Assembly: GCA_024704765.1 (NCBI GenBank)
Contig: JAKMXF010000365.1
Location: forward strand, 434,001-498,000
DNA: 64,000 nt
From: Oopsacas minuta
Taxonomy: Eukaryota > Animalia > Porifera
Direction: 5' to 3'
This document shows positions 49,701 to 61,262 of this stretch, in pieces. Below the pieces are notes generated by a model that worked only from the letters and a program-made list of their open reading frames with translations, was not told the origin of the DNA and searched no databases. The position numbers were made by a program, and so were the translations under genes. The first letter of the stretch is position 1, and every line of letters starts with the position of its first letter.

Positions 49701-52218
49701 TAACGACCGCTGCACCCGAGCGGAGCGCTTCCAAACACTGCCAGGTTGCTATATAAAAGTTCCCCCAAACTTCATTACATTGAGTATTAAACACTAAGTT
49801 TTATACTTATTTATGAAATTTCCTCTCCCAGCGGAAATTCAGACCAGAGAATACCAATATTGCTAAAATAATTCTGAATGACGCATATTTCACGCATTTT
49901 TGCAATATTCTTACTTCTTCTGTCGCTTTCATTCTAATCTAATACCAAATCTTTCTTTTCAACCGTTCTCTTCATCCATGTCACTACATCATTACCCTTC
50001 AGTTTAACCATCAGTATATCTTCTCATCTTTCGTAAAATCACGAATATTTTTCACAAAAGTTTCTCAGCTTTTACTTAGATTCATCCATCAGTGAATCTC
50101 TTTGTGCGTCTTTCTCGCTATAAACAGTGTTTATTTGTACTACTATCTCTGGATAATACTTCTTTTTATGCCATTAAAACATATGATCAATTCTGAATAG
50201 AATTAATTCGAATTAACGTACACGCTGCTAGTGCTAAGATCTTTAGAAAATCACTAACCTTCGGATGAATGCACCCAACTTTTTAGAAATTATTTAGAAT
50301 CATCAACGCAGATTATGCTGTGAAATAATTGAATAGTTTCTTTTAATTTTATATAGAATAGAATATTTCTATAGGTTGACGCTTGAATAAGTTGCAAAGT
50401 GGCTTGCGATATATAATAAGAGAAATATTCTTTATTTCTAATATATATCTAAAGGCCCTCTGCTACAAACTCCCATGCAATACATTTTAGTTAACTTTGT
50501 TTTTCCATAAATATTTTTCTAATATTTTCGCTGAAAATCTTTCCATCTATTTTCTTTGAACTCCAGTGTTATTTAACGGTAAAATATCTAAATAATATTA
50601 ACAGTATTATTTATGCTTGGAATTAATCTTAAATACTCTGTCACAACATAGAATAAATTCCTGAAGAATGAAGCTTGGAATCTTGCTAGTTGGTCTGGCA
50701 CTCGTAGGGGGAGCTATGGGTATGAGTTACATAGAAATGGCAGAGATGGATGATTTACTCGGGGACGGTGAAGTTTGCAGTGCTTGTACTGAAGCAGTGA
50801 AGGACTTAGGCGAGGCTTTAGATAGTAAGCTAGAATTAGCAAGCGATGATTTATTGGATATGGCTTGCAAGAAGGTATGGTTCCTCTCACACAAGACTTG
50901 CAAGAAGTACGGTAGGGAAATCACGAAACCAATCGATGCGATTATCTTGAGTTATATGAAGGGAGATAAGCTATGTAAGCTGTTGAAGGCTTGTACAGAA
51001 TCATCTCGTTTTACTGTTGATGACTTTGACCTATCAGATGAGAGGACTGCATGTGTCAAATGTCAGTTGCTTGCGAATAAAGGCAAGGCAGAAGTTATGC
51101 GAAATAAAGAGCTCCTGAAAGAAATTGTATTGGCTATAATGGAGGATTGTGGAGAAGATTGCACTGATATGATGAACGAATTCGGAGTAGACTTCGTTGA
51201 TGCTGTAATTGGAGCATTTCCTGAATACGGTGCATGTTCCGCAATAGGAAAATGCCTCGAGTAGGAATGGATAAGAATTCCTATGTTGCTCATATGTTGA
51301 TTACTAGAGTATCTGCTCACTATCTTGTATAACTTTATCAACGTCTACTGGCATGTGCTCTGATTGTTGATTACTATAATGTCAGTTTGTATGTCACAAG
51401 TAATATTGATTAGAATAGTTATCCCATACTTCATAAGTAATTTAAAGTAAATATAACTTTCCAAAGTAGAGGAAGTGCGAGTGATTATTAGGTTAATGGG
51501 AATAAATTGAAAAATGCTCAGAATTTGCCAACCTTCCCAGAAATAGCTAAAATTAAATAAATTATCGCTATTAGTTTAACAATCAGTAAGGTATGATAAG
51601 TTAAGACACAAACTCGGGTAATCGGCGGGTTTCGATCGCTCTGAGGATTCCCTTTCAGAATACTTTACAGAAATGGCAAATAGAGTGCGTTTAAGAGTCG
51701 TGTTCAGTATTCGTGTTGTGTACTGTTTGTGTATTGACCAATTCTCAATTCATAGAATTGCCTAAAAGTTACTTCAATTACCAATTTGCAAAATGCAAAC
51801 AAATAAAGTTGCAATTATCTTATTATATTTGTCTCTCTTTGCAGAAATGAAGAGAGAGAAACAAAACTTGGGGAATAAGCTACAAGAACATGAAGAAAAA
51901 CACATAGTTGAGAGGGATAGCATTAGAGATACCGTCCGTACACTTAACGACCTAAGACTGAGAATAAATCAGTTAGAGAGCGAAACATTGGCAAGTAAAA
52001 ACACAATCTCTAGTAAGGAGCTTATAATCTCTAAAAAGATACAGCTAATCTCAGAACTAGAAGAATCTGAGTCTAAACTGAGAGAAGAGAGGAGAGATCT
52101 TTTCGCTAAGAATCGTGAACTTGTCTACGAGAACGATGAACTCACACAGACAATTGATATCCTTCAGGCACGGATTAAGCGTCTGAATCAATCACAGATG
52201 CGATCAGAAGCAACCTAA
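46753..52218 (+). CDS. LRRFIP: LRRFIP (leucine-rich repeat flightless-interacting protein)-like coiled-coil protein, 3 exons, 365 aa
   Basis: Exons 46753-47177, 47237-47535 and 51845-52218 total 1098 nt with matching phases. AELENDKTLLQYK and RDDYLEKHNLTL resemble the LRRFIP motifs AQLDNEK..MYQV and REEMLEKHGIIL. The last exon resembles the LRRFIP C-terminal coil. Joining across the 4.3-kb intron is inferred. Confidence 0.7.
48098..48721 (+). CDS. Secreted saposin-like protein with two SapB domains (copy 1)
   Basis: Intronless 207-aa ORF: hydrophobic signal peptide, acidic pro-segment, and two six-Cys SapB patterns (CxxC...C...C...CxxxxxC). Confidence 0.85.
   Translation: MKCMMMLALGLVVVSSAMAMDYVEDFYSDDDTELGDVCSLCKQGLTALDPLIMSKIKGIVKDLLEMGCDKAPIPKCSWFAKKIAKYAAKYVKKYLEHDKLCKLVKVCESDESVQITANDLDLSDDETACVKCQVLMKKIKAVIMNDKAVLNSIVLGAMDECDQDDEVSADECMDMMNRYSVSLTDEAIRDFPELEMCSAMEKCEYSE
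48883..49032. mobile_element. Degenerate pogo/Tigger-like MITE
   Basis: TA then CAGTGGAACACGCTCATATCAAAG at the left; TTCGTTATCATCAGTGTGTTCAAATG at the right. Imperfect inverted repeat. Confidence 0.5.
50668..51264 (+). CDS. Secreted saposin-like protein with two SapB domains (copy 2, paralogue)
   Basis: Intronless 198-aa ORF with the same layout. It shares DKLCKL, DLSD..TACVKCQ and FPE...CSA..KC with copy 1, and the sequence around the stop (GAGTAGGAAT) is also shared. Confidence 0.85.
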   Translation: MKLGILLVGLALVGGAMGMSYIEMAEMDDLLGDGEVCSACTEAVKDLGEALDSKLELASDDLLDMACKKVWFLSHKTCKKYGREITKPIDAIILSYMKGDKLCKLLKACTESSRFTVDDFDLSDERTACVKCQLLANKGKAEVMRNKELLKEIVLAIMEDCGEDCTDMMNEFGVDFVDAVIGAFPEYGACSAIGKCLE

Positions 52219-52810
52219 CCTCCTTTATATATTTCTTAATTGTTTTTACCTCAATGTTTACCCTACAACCTCGTAATGCCCTCTCTCCTACCTTTGAATG
52301 GATAGAACTGCAATACAGCGTTTAATTCACTAACTAGCGCTTTAATAATTAATATTATCATTTTCTATTGTGCTTGTTAATGTATAGTGGAATTGATTGT
52401 TTGTTAAAAATAATAATACGTACATAATAATTGAAATTATACTAAATACATGCCAGTAAGGTACCTCCAATATTACTTGAGTTTTGACAAAAATGGTCTC
52501 TCACACGAAACAATCCGACAGACCATTCTTTCTGAAGCATATGGATATTTAATCACAACAAATAAACAATAATTTACACGAATCACAAACTAGAAATGCT
52601 GAACTTCTCCTGAAATCATATGAGCTAAGTGATCAGTTAAAGTATAGCTTGAATGTGTTTGTAATCAATGTGTAACATATATGTATTCAGATTTGTAAAG
52701 TATACAAGCTTAGCAGTTATTTTGTATATAAATATCCTAGTACATAAAGTTACATAGAAATTATTGAAATTATCTAACTACGTATTTAGCAAAAGTATCT
52801 ACCATCATAA

Positions 52811-55202
52811 ATGGGTAAATTTGAAATGCTCCTTGACAGAGCTACCAACTCTAACAACCTGGATCCAGACCTTACAGCTATCATGGAGATGTGTGACACA
52901 GTCAGACAGGGGGACATAACCCCCAAGAGAGGGATGGTAGCTGTCAAGAGGAAACTAATGGATAAACACGTCCTAGTCAGCTACTACACTCTGTACGTGC
53001 TAGAAGCTCTGATGAAGAATTGTGGTCCAGACATGCATAAGGAAATTCTAGTCAAAGAAATACTTGGTCGTATGCAAGACATGGTCAAAGACCCAGCTAG
53101 TTTCAGCGAGAAGAGTAAAGACAAAAGTCTAGAGCTGATACAAACATGGAACGTAGCATTCCGTCAGGACAATTCCTATCTCATCCTAACATCTGTCTAC
53201 AATCAGCTAGCTATGGCAGGAGTTCGCTTCCCTGAGATTAACACTTCAGATGCAGTGTTCATAACAGAGAGACCTCCTGAATGGAAAGCTGATAGAGACT
53301 CTAAGGATTGTACTCTATGTCACACTGAATTCTCATTAGTCACTAGAAGACATCACTGTAGAAATTGTGGAGAATGTTTCTGTTCAAAATGCTGTTCTAA
53401 TGTAGCTACATTACCTAAATTCGGGATAGAGAGAGAAGTACGTGTATGTGAATCTTGTTTCATAAATCTTTCTCAAACCTCTTCTGTACGCTTGGACCCT
53501 ACAAATCCCCCTCCTAACGGATCAGACCTCCCAGAAGAGTACCTGAAGAGTGATCTCTTTCGTGAGAACCAAACTCCTGCCGCATTAGACCCCAAGAGAG
53601 AGGCTGAACTGAAAGAGCAAGAAGAATTAGACTTAGTTATAGCTATGTCACTAAATGAACAGGAAAATAAACCTCAGAAGAGAGTCACATTTGCTCCTCC
53701 CACCCCCGAGCCTAGCGCCCCTGTATCTAATCTCTCTCCATACTCTCAGCTGCTCAGCAACCGATCTCTACCCACCCCACCTCCAGACACAGCCCCTTTT
53801 GTATCCTACCCCTCTACATCAGCTGATACAGCAGAGGATGAACTTGCTAAGTACTATAATCGTGAGTATTGGGAGGAAAGGAAGGAGCAACAACATTCGT
53901 CACCCCAGCCTACTCGTAAACAACCCTCTCCTCTATACGCACAGATACAATTCCCAGCCAAACAACAACATAAACAGGAACAAGATGAGTACGAGGGAGA
54001 TCTAGTCCTAGCTGATAGTCTAAAGAAGAACTTGGATCTCTTCACTAACCTACTCACTGACACACAAACACAAGGTCGTAGTCCAGCAACTGATTCATCA
54101 GTACAATCACTATATGGTACTCTTAATGCTATGCATCCTGAGCTACTCCGTGTTATGGAGGAGGTAGAGAAGAAGAAAGAGGGTTATGAGGGATTAGAAC
54201 AGAAAGCTAGCATGGTTAAAGAAGCACGTGCTTGTCTCAATAAATCAAGACGTGAGTATCTAGATGCAGTTAGACAGCAGGAAGAACAGCAACGTCTACT
54301 AGCTACTATGTTATTAGAGCAGAATATAGCCCTTATACGTAAGCATCAGTCTGAACAGGTTGATATGGGAGTAAGACTAGCTGAAGAGAGGGAGAGAGAG
54401 TTAAAGGAGGAGGAAGATAGGAAGACAGAGGAGCAGAGAAGAAGGAGACAACAGGTGAATGAGTATCAGAGATTACAAGAGCAACAAGTTGTAGCTCAGC
54501 ATCTTGCTCAGATTATACCTGGGAAGTTTGAAGGAGCTCCTATAATAGGAGGTTACTCTACTCCACCCATGGGTACATACCCTCCAGCTATCCCACCTCA
54601 CATGTTACAAGACTTACCTCCTCCTGGATCATTTTATCCTCCACCCGCCAATATTGTATCAGGTCCTTCTTCTCTCCCCTCCTCTCTCAATCAAACTGCA
54701 CCTCCTTCTCTCCCTCTTGCACCGCAGGTAACCCCCCAAAAGCCCAACGACCCCTTCTCTCCCCTACACTCCAGCCAGGTGTTACAAGATTCTGCACTCA
54801 ATTTCAATCCACAATACGGTTAGTATATAAAATTTAATTTACTATATTAGTTTTACATTTCTATTGCTCAAATTAGCTGCTATACAGACAGCACTACAAG
54901 GACCCTCTTCTCTACCTAATCTAGTATCTAACCCTCCTCCAGCAACAGTACAGCTCTCTAACTTAACTCTACAAGCTCTCACAGCTAACCAGCATCCTAA
55001 CCCTCTAGCCCATATGATTAACGCCCCTCAACCGGTCCAACAAGCACCTCAGTTACAGATACCCATTCAATCGTATCCACCCCCAGCCCCTCAAGTTAAC
55101 CAGATCAATTTGATCCGTCCTACTTACACTCCACAGATAGCTACTTACCAGCAGTCTGCTAGCCCCACCCCTAAGGAACAGTCTCTCATTGACTTTGACT
55201 GA
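52811..55202 (+). CDS. HGS: HGS/Hrs (ESCRT-0 subunit), 2 exons
   Basis: VHS domain, FYVE (RRHHCRNCG), UIM (EQEELDLVIAMSLNE), coiled coil, Pro/Gln-rich tail and C-terminal clathrin box LIDFD. Intron 54819-54876 is phase 1. Confidence 0.93.
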
Positions 55203-55392
55203 TGCCCATTAGTATGTCATATGCATGACTAACTATTAACTTATTATTGGGTGCATGTAGAGTAAATGTTTTTGATAATTTCAGTCTCTCTTCAGCTGTT
55301 TATTTTCTATTTTGTTAAATACTATTTGTGTTGATAAGTAAGCAAAATTCCCATTTAAATATTATAATGAAATATTATTATTTTCAATTGAG

Positions 55393-57011
55393 ATGGATCT
55401 TGAGTGTGAACAAGAAGCATTCTTTATCAAGCCACGAGTTGCTAAGCAGTATGGTATTACTGAAGAGGTGTGGTTGGGCCTCTTCAATACAGAAGGACAA
55501 ATAGTTAACCCAGATCATTTCTACAGACTTGTATTCGAAGCTGGAATAGATCCGAGTATAAGAAAGAGTGTATGGAAGTTTCTGTACGGAGTATATCCGC
55601 TACAATCAACTTACAGAGAGAGATTGGTCATAGATGCTGAGAACAGATTCTATTACGACTCTATTAAAGCTCATTGGCAGCGAATCTGTATTCTAGTAGG
55701 CAGCTCTAAGCATAGGTAGATATGAGAATTATGTGTAATTAGTTGCTATTATATATATGTATATATTTAACAGGTATTTCCGGATGACACCAGAATACAT
55801 GGAGGATGACAATATTCCACTTCACCTGCGACCAGACCGTACACCTAACATATCACCACCCTCTCTACCTCACCAGCTTAAGTCTGCACTCCTACGAGCT
55901 AGTTCTGTTGGTAATGACGTCTCATTATTACACCTGACTCTCACTCCCAAATACGCAGAGATGGGAGCTGAAGCTGAGAGTATTCCTGTATTGGAGGGAC
56001 TCTGTCCTGTAACAGAATTAGAGAATTCTCTCTCACTACAAGCCTCTATATTTGCTAGTAAGATTAATCTAGTAGAAGCTGAGTATGCTAAAGTTATGAG
56101 ATCAATTGATAAAGATGTTCCAAGAACTGACAGAGATTTAGATTTCTTTACTGGTAAAAAGAATGAGAATCTAATAAAAGTGAGATATTCTTGATGATAT
56201 TATTTCGAATTTTGCTTAATACTGTTATTGCAGGTACGCAACATTCTAGCTAGTTATGCATCAGTTGACAGAGAGCTGGGCTATGTACAGGGAATGAATG
56301 ATGTGTTATCAAGATTCCTTGTGGTAGCAGAGGATGAGACGGAAGCTTTTTGGTTATTCTTTAGCTTTATGAAGAAAGGGAGGAACGATTTCTTAGAACA
56401 GTCATTTTATGATAAGGTATAATTATACAGATGTCTATACCTATGTTTGTAAATCATTCTCTCTTCTTCTCAAGGTAGAGCTCGTAAAAGAGCTTTTAGC
56501 AGAACTGGACACAGAATTAGACACATACTTTAAAGAATCAGATATGCACGATTTTATGTTTGTACAGAGATGGCTTATTATGTGTTTCAAGCGGGAGTTC
56601 TCCTTTGAAGATGGCCTCTACCTGTTTGACGTAATCGCTTGTCATTTCTTAGAGCTAAATACTGATGAAGGAAGGAGATATCAGAGACACGCACAACGAA
56701 CAGAGTTCAAAACTGAGGGATGTGGCTTAAATTCTATTAATTCTTTCCACTGCGAGTTCAACTATTTACTAACTTTTGAAATGTTTGTGTGCTGTGCTGT
56801 GCTAATTACTTACAAAGCTCAGATCCTTAAACTGGAAGATATTGCACAGTTCTTCACATTCATATCAAGCATTTCTGGTAAAATGAATGTATGTGAAGTT
56901 ATTAACAAAGCACAGCATTTACTCTATATATACTGCAAGTGGAGAGTGAGGAACTCGTTCCAAGAGATTACTAGCGATTGGCCATCTCAAAATGATAACA
57001 TCGATCTATAG
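55393..57011 (+). CDS. TBC-domain RabGAP (TBC1D15/16/17/25-like group), 4 exons
   Basis: Exons 55393-55715, 55774-56179, 56234-56416, 56475-57011. Motifs GIDPSIRKSVWKFL, arginine finger IDKDVPRTDR, glutamine finger GYVQGMND, and RWLIMCFKREF. Confidence 0.88.
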
Positions 57012-57323
57012 AATGAATTCTTTAAACAGGTTTTATTACTCGTTTTGCTGGTACTGTATTTTGACTTATCTCTCGTTAATATATGTATATACGTATGTAC
57101 ATTGTTAGCAATTCGTTGTTTTTCGCTCCCGATATCAGCCTTTTATATCTCTAAACTTCGATCGGTATATCTGATAAAGCAACCCAATTTCAAGAATATT
57201 TATATATTTATCCGTATCAAATATCGCTACATTATAGCTATATATACACAAAACAGAATTATGATAGCACACATGCAAACTAAATTCTCATAAATTATAT
57301 TAGAGAGGGAGGGAATAGAAGAT

Positions 57324-59141
57324 TTAGCTATTTAATTCAGAATTCTCCCTTGACCTTGGGGAGCTAAATATTGTAGGGTCATAGGACATAGGTGTTTCCA
57401 TACTACCTGATGTGTTCTTGTCACATTCTCTTATAGCAAAACCACCTGAAACAAATGCTGGTAGCTCTATATTTCCCTCTAAACTTTTATTTCTATCCAT
57501 TGAGTTGAATTGTACGTAGTTACAATCAACTGACTCATAAATCCCTGAACAATTCGCATGAGCTATGGTAGATCTTGGGGTATCTATATCGGATTGAGAA
57601 TAGATGTTTCTTCTGTTAGATTTTGTTTCCATTGTAGCTGTTCGCATACTCCTGCAAGCTATTACAAAGCATTGTACAATGATAACTATCCCTGCTACTG
57701 CTATCGTTATGAATGCTAGAGTTATTATGCTTATAATAGCAGTAGAGGTTGTCTGAATGCCGAACAAGTCAACTACATCGGTAACTACACACTTTGTAAC
57801 ATTCCTTTCATCCAATCGGTAACTAGGCTGACACTCACAAACATAGCTACCTACAGTGTTAATACATAATTGTTGGCATCCTCCATTATTCGAATTACAC
57901 TCATTAATATCAGTGCAATTAGTGGAATTCATTGAGAATCCTGTCTCGCATTGACACATGTATGAACCTAGTGTATTACTGCATTTCTGATGGCAATCAT
58001 TCTTATCGTATAAACACTCATCTATGTCTACACAGGTCTGTGAGTCCCAGTCTAGTACCAATCCATACCCTTCCCCACATCCACAGATGAAGCTATCGGG
58101 TGTGTCAATACATTCGTTGGTACAGTTGTTACTCTTATTGAAACATTCATAGGATAGTTTTTGAGTACATTCTGTATACAGACTGGAGTTTTGTATCGGT
58201 ATCATTGATCCGCTATCATCACAAGTTCCTATTACATCAATACCAAAGCTATCTACTATGTTAACCCATTGTAGCTCGCATGAACAGTTTATCGTGTTAT
58301 CAGAAATATCTATATACTCCAAATTGAATAGTCCATTGAATAACTTGCTATCAAGAGATGCTATCTCGTTACTGTTAAGTTCTAAAGCAGTGAGCTTTGA
58401 TAGACCACGGAATGAATCCCTATTCAACAGTTGTGTGGAGTTACTATTAAGAAGGTTGTATCTCAAAGAGAGGAAGGTTAGATCAGCGAGGTCTTGAAAT
58501 GCTCCTGGCATAATATACTCGATACAGCCTGTATACCAAATAAAGGTATCTAACTTATATAACCCACCAACTAGACTCTCATCAACACGTTTAATATTAC
58601 CGCCATAGCAAATAGAGGAATAGCCTGTGAAGTAGACCTTCTCTAGATTACTGAGTCCTTGTAGAATCGGATTATATACGAACTTAACGTTAAGGAATCT
58701 TAATAGTATAACATTCGGGAAATGTTGGAAGAAATCGCTCTCTTCTAATGTGTTTTCTATACTGAGTCGGAATACCTCGATATTCAGTATACTATTGTGA
58801 ATGCTATTAGTTATTAGCCGTACATGATGGTCATTTGATGTAGGGGGAGAATAATATCCTCGTATAGAGAGTCTCTGTATGTTATCAGGTAACATGGTGA
58901 GGTTAAGCGTATATTGAACGGTTAACTGTATGACTATCAAATAGAGAGTCACGAAATTACCAGTTGCACAATCACGAAGAGTTGTTTGTAACACGCTATC
59001 ATTCGGAGATATTAACAGACATTGTAAATCTATAGACGTGGGAGGCTCATAGCAATCAATGACATCATTCACATTACAGCTATCTGAGCTAACTGTTGAT
59101 ATTTTCACTGTGAAGATAAAAATCAAAATTATCAACTTCAT
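57324..59141 (-). CDS. Single-pass receptor-like protein: signal peptide, LRRs, LRRCT, Ca-binding EGFs, TM, Tyr-containing tail
   Basis: Intronless 605-aa ORF with LRRs (LTFLSLRYNLL, LTALELNSNEI), LRRCT (NCSCELQW), cbEGF consensus (DIDEC...CSNTLGSYMC; DINEC...CINTVGSYVC) and a hydrophobic TM segment. Confidence 0.88.
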   Translation of the reverse strand: MKLIILIFIFTVKISTVSSDSCNVNDVIDCYEPPTSIDLQCLLISPNDSVLQTTLRDCATGNFVTLYLIVIQLTVQYTLNLTMLPDNIQRLSIRGYYSPPTSNDHHVRLITNSIHNSILNIEVFRLSIENTLEESDFFQHFPNVILLRFLNVKFVYNPILQGLSNLEKVYFTGYSSICYGGNIKRVDESLVGGLYKLDTFIWYTGCIEYIMPGAFQDLADLTFLSLRYNLLNSNSTQLLNRDSFRGLSKLTALELNSNEIASLDSKLFNGLFNLEYIDISDNTINCSCELQWVNIVDSFGIDVIGTCDDSGSMIPIQNSSLYTECTQKLSYECFNKSNNCTNECIDTPDSFICGCGEGYGLVLDWDSQTCVDIDECLYDKNDCHQKCSNTLGSYMCQCETGFSMNSTNCTDINECNSNNGGCQQLCINTVGSYVCECQPSYRLDERNVTKCVVTDVVDLFGIQTTSTAIISIITLAFITIAVAGIVIIVQCFVIACRSMRTATMETKSNRRNIYSQSDIDTPRSTIAHANCSGIYESVDCNYVQFNSMDRNKSLEGNIELPAFVSGGFAIRECDKNTSGSMETPMSYDPTIFSSPRSRENSELNS

Positions 59142-59470
59142 TTCCTCTCTACATAAATTGTGGATACTATATTAGTAACAGAGTTGCTTTGCATATGGAT
59201 ACTAATTATGAAATATAATATCAGAGATAAAATACTCTCAAACAAGTGCTTTGTTGCTTATTATTCTTCTTCTTCTGTGTTGATTGTATAGCAAATTTAA
59301 TAAATTTTTACCAATATCAGATGTTACTATAGGCATAGATTTAGTATTTTTGAGTTAGGAAATTATTGACATGTGTTGTCTCTCTCAACATGTAACACTA
59401 TTCTTAAAGTTATGACTCTGTACTAATTCATATATTTATATTGGTATACAAATAAAAATGTAATTACATG

Positions 59471-60514
59471 TTATTTTGTGCCCTGTGGTAAGAGCAATGA
59501 CTTCGTGATTGCACTGTAGTGTTGATAGGTTCTAAGTCTATGATAAATATTCTCGCATGTAAAAGAACAAAAATACTGCATTGTGAAGAATAAATAGAAT
59601 ATTGCGAGAATTATCACCGGAAATACAAGTAATTTTTCTAATCCTGAAAGTAGTACTGGGAATCCATTTATTTCTGTCAGATTGAAATGATCAATCAATA
59701 ACCTATCCTCATTCTTGGCTCCGAATTGTACGAAATACAAATAAACATTTCGAATCCAATTGATAGAAAATGCTAGGATTAAGAAGCTGCTGCAAGCAAT
59801 GAATACTGCTTTAAACAGTCTGAATCTTCTTCGCATTCTTTTGATTGCTAGCACACGTCCTTCACTACCAAACTCTAGAGCTAGGTCTTGTTGCTTCCAA
59901 CCAATAACTTTGTCTAACATTCTTCCATTTATGATAAACATAACTATTTCTCCAATGAATAGGAGAATAATCAACAGTGTAGAGAATACTATTAAGTAAA
60001 ATATTGCGGGTAGAAAAATAGTGAATGCAAGTTTTAAAATGAATTTGATGAGTGAGTTTCTATCCTGTCTAGAATCTGGTTTATAAGTATACACACGTAT
60101 TAGATATGAAGTGAGGATATTCAAGAGACAGAAAGTCAAATATGTAGATGTTATGCTATAGTAGAATAGAAATAAAGTGTATTTTGCATTGGAGAATGAA
60201 CTCGCGAAAGCGAAAATTGGTGCGGTTATCTCGAAAAAACATATCAGTATTAGAGTTATATGTTTTACTAATCGTGATTTCAGATCTTTAAGAATAGCTT
60301 CTGTTTCGAAGTCTCTGACGTCCGTCAATGCTCTCCTATATCTCCTCTTAATTATCATCAATTCATGCAAAAGGTACATAATCCAAAACCCAGATACGAA
60401 TATACTTATTCCTACCACTATTCCATATGAAATATCCAATACTGAATTGATTGTTTTCAAGTTAGAAATCCATGTAAAATTCTGAGAGGAATTCATGTGA
60501 AAGTAGATAACCAA
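59471..60514 (-). CDS. Orphan multi-pass (about 7 TM) membrane protein, paralogue A
   Basis: 347-aa intronless ORF with about seven hydrophobic segments separated by basic loops (IIKRRYRR, KRMRRRFR). I recognise no GPCR class motif. Confidence 0.75.
   Translation of the reverse strand: MVIYFHMNSSQNFTWISNLKTINSVLDISYGIVVGISIFVSGFWIMYLLHELMIIKRRYRRALTDVRDFETEAILKDLKSRLVKHITLILICFFEITAPIFAFASSFSNAKYTLFLFYYSITSTYLTFCLLNILTSYLIRVYTYKPDSRQDRNSLIKFILKLAFTIFLPAIFYLIVFSTLLIILLFIGEIVMFIINGRMLDKVIGWKQQDLALEFGSEGRVLAIKRMRRRFRLFKAVFIACSSFLILAFSINWIRNVYLYFVQFGAKNEDRLLIDHFNLTEINGFPVLLSGLEKLLVFPVIILAIFYLFFTMQYFCSFTCENIYHRLRTYQHYSAITKSLLLPQGTK
59773..60183. repeat. 411-bp block nearly identical to 61559-61969
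   Basis: Line-by-line comparison shows one mismatch (ATAATCAAC vs ATAATTAAC) at an offset of 1786 bp. Confidence 0.92.
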
Positions 60515-61262
60515 ATATGATTTTAAATATCTTTATTATTCGATTTGTTTCTTTTATAGCTTTTTTTCGAAATATGATAACAATTCATTATTAATATCTT
60601 AGCTGTGAACTTTTGTCATATGATGATTTGTAAAATTCCAAATTTCGAAGTACTTTTAATACTTTTCAACAAAATTAACCGATCTGTGTTATGGACTTTA
60701 AGATATTAATCATTTTAATGTGTTACACATTATGACTAGATTATGTCTAATTATTGTTAAATAAATATGAATAATAATAATATAATCAAATACGTTAATT
60801 CTTATTGCAATTGTAATAATCCTTTGGAATTTGTCCAAAATACGACGACAGTTTTAATTAGGTAAGAATTATACATTCTTAATATCTTATTTACTAGTGC
60901 TCTTCGCTTGATAATTATTCAATGATATGAATTGCTAAACTGTTTTCCCTTCTACCATAAAATGGTAATGTTGTAGGAAAGAATCAGATTAGTCATATTT
61001 TCAATTATTGTTTCATGGAAGATTGGAAGTTATCCTGAATTTTTCCTTATTTGTATCATAATGCTTCCAGGTAGAATTATGATAGGAGGTTATTTGATTA
61101 ATTGTAATATGTTTTACATTATTTGTTTCTATTGCAAATCATAATGAACTTTTAATGTGGGTGATTTTAAAATACATACATTATATTTTTATTATTAATA
61201 AAAATTAATCGTCCTTTATTTTAACGTTAATTAATAAATTTCTGTAAGGTAGATCCATCTTC

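Noticed and set aside
49340-49760. GC-richer patches with CCGCTGC motifs between the saposin genes
   Set aside because: No ORF, stable structure or clear repeat boundaries were evident.
51605-51665. GGGTTTCGATC resembling a tRNA T-loop
   Set aside because: No cloverleaf, acceptor stem or A-box could be built.
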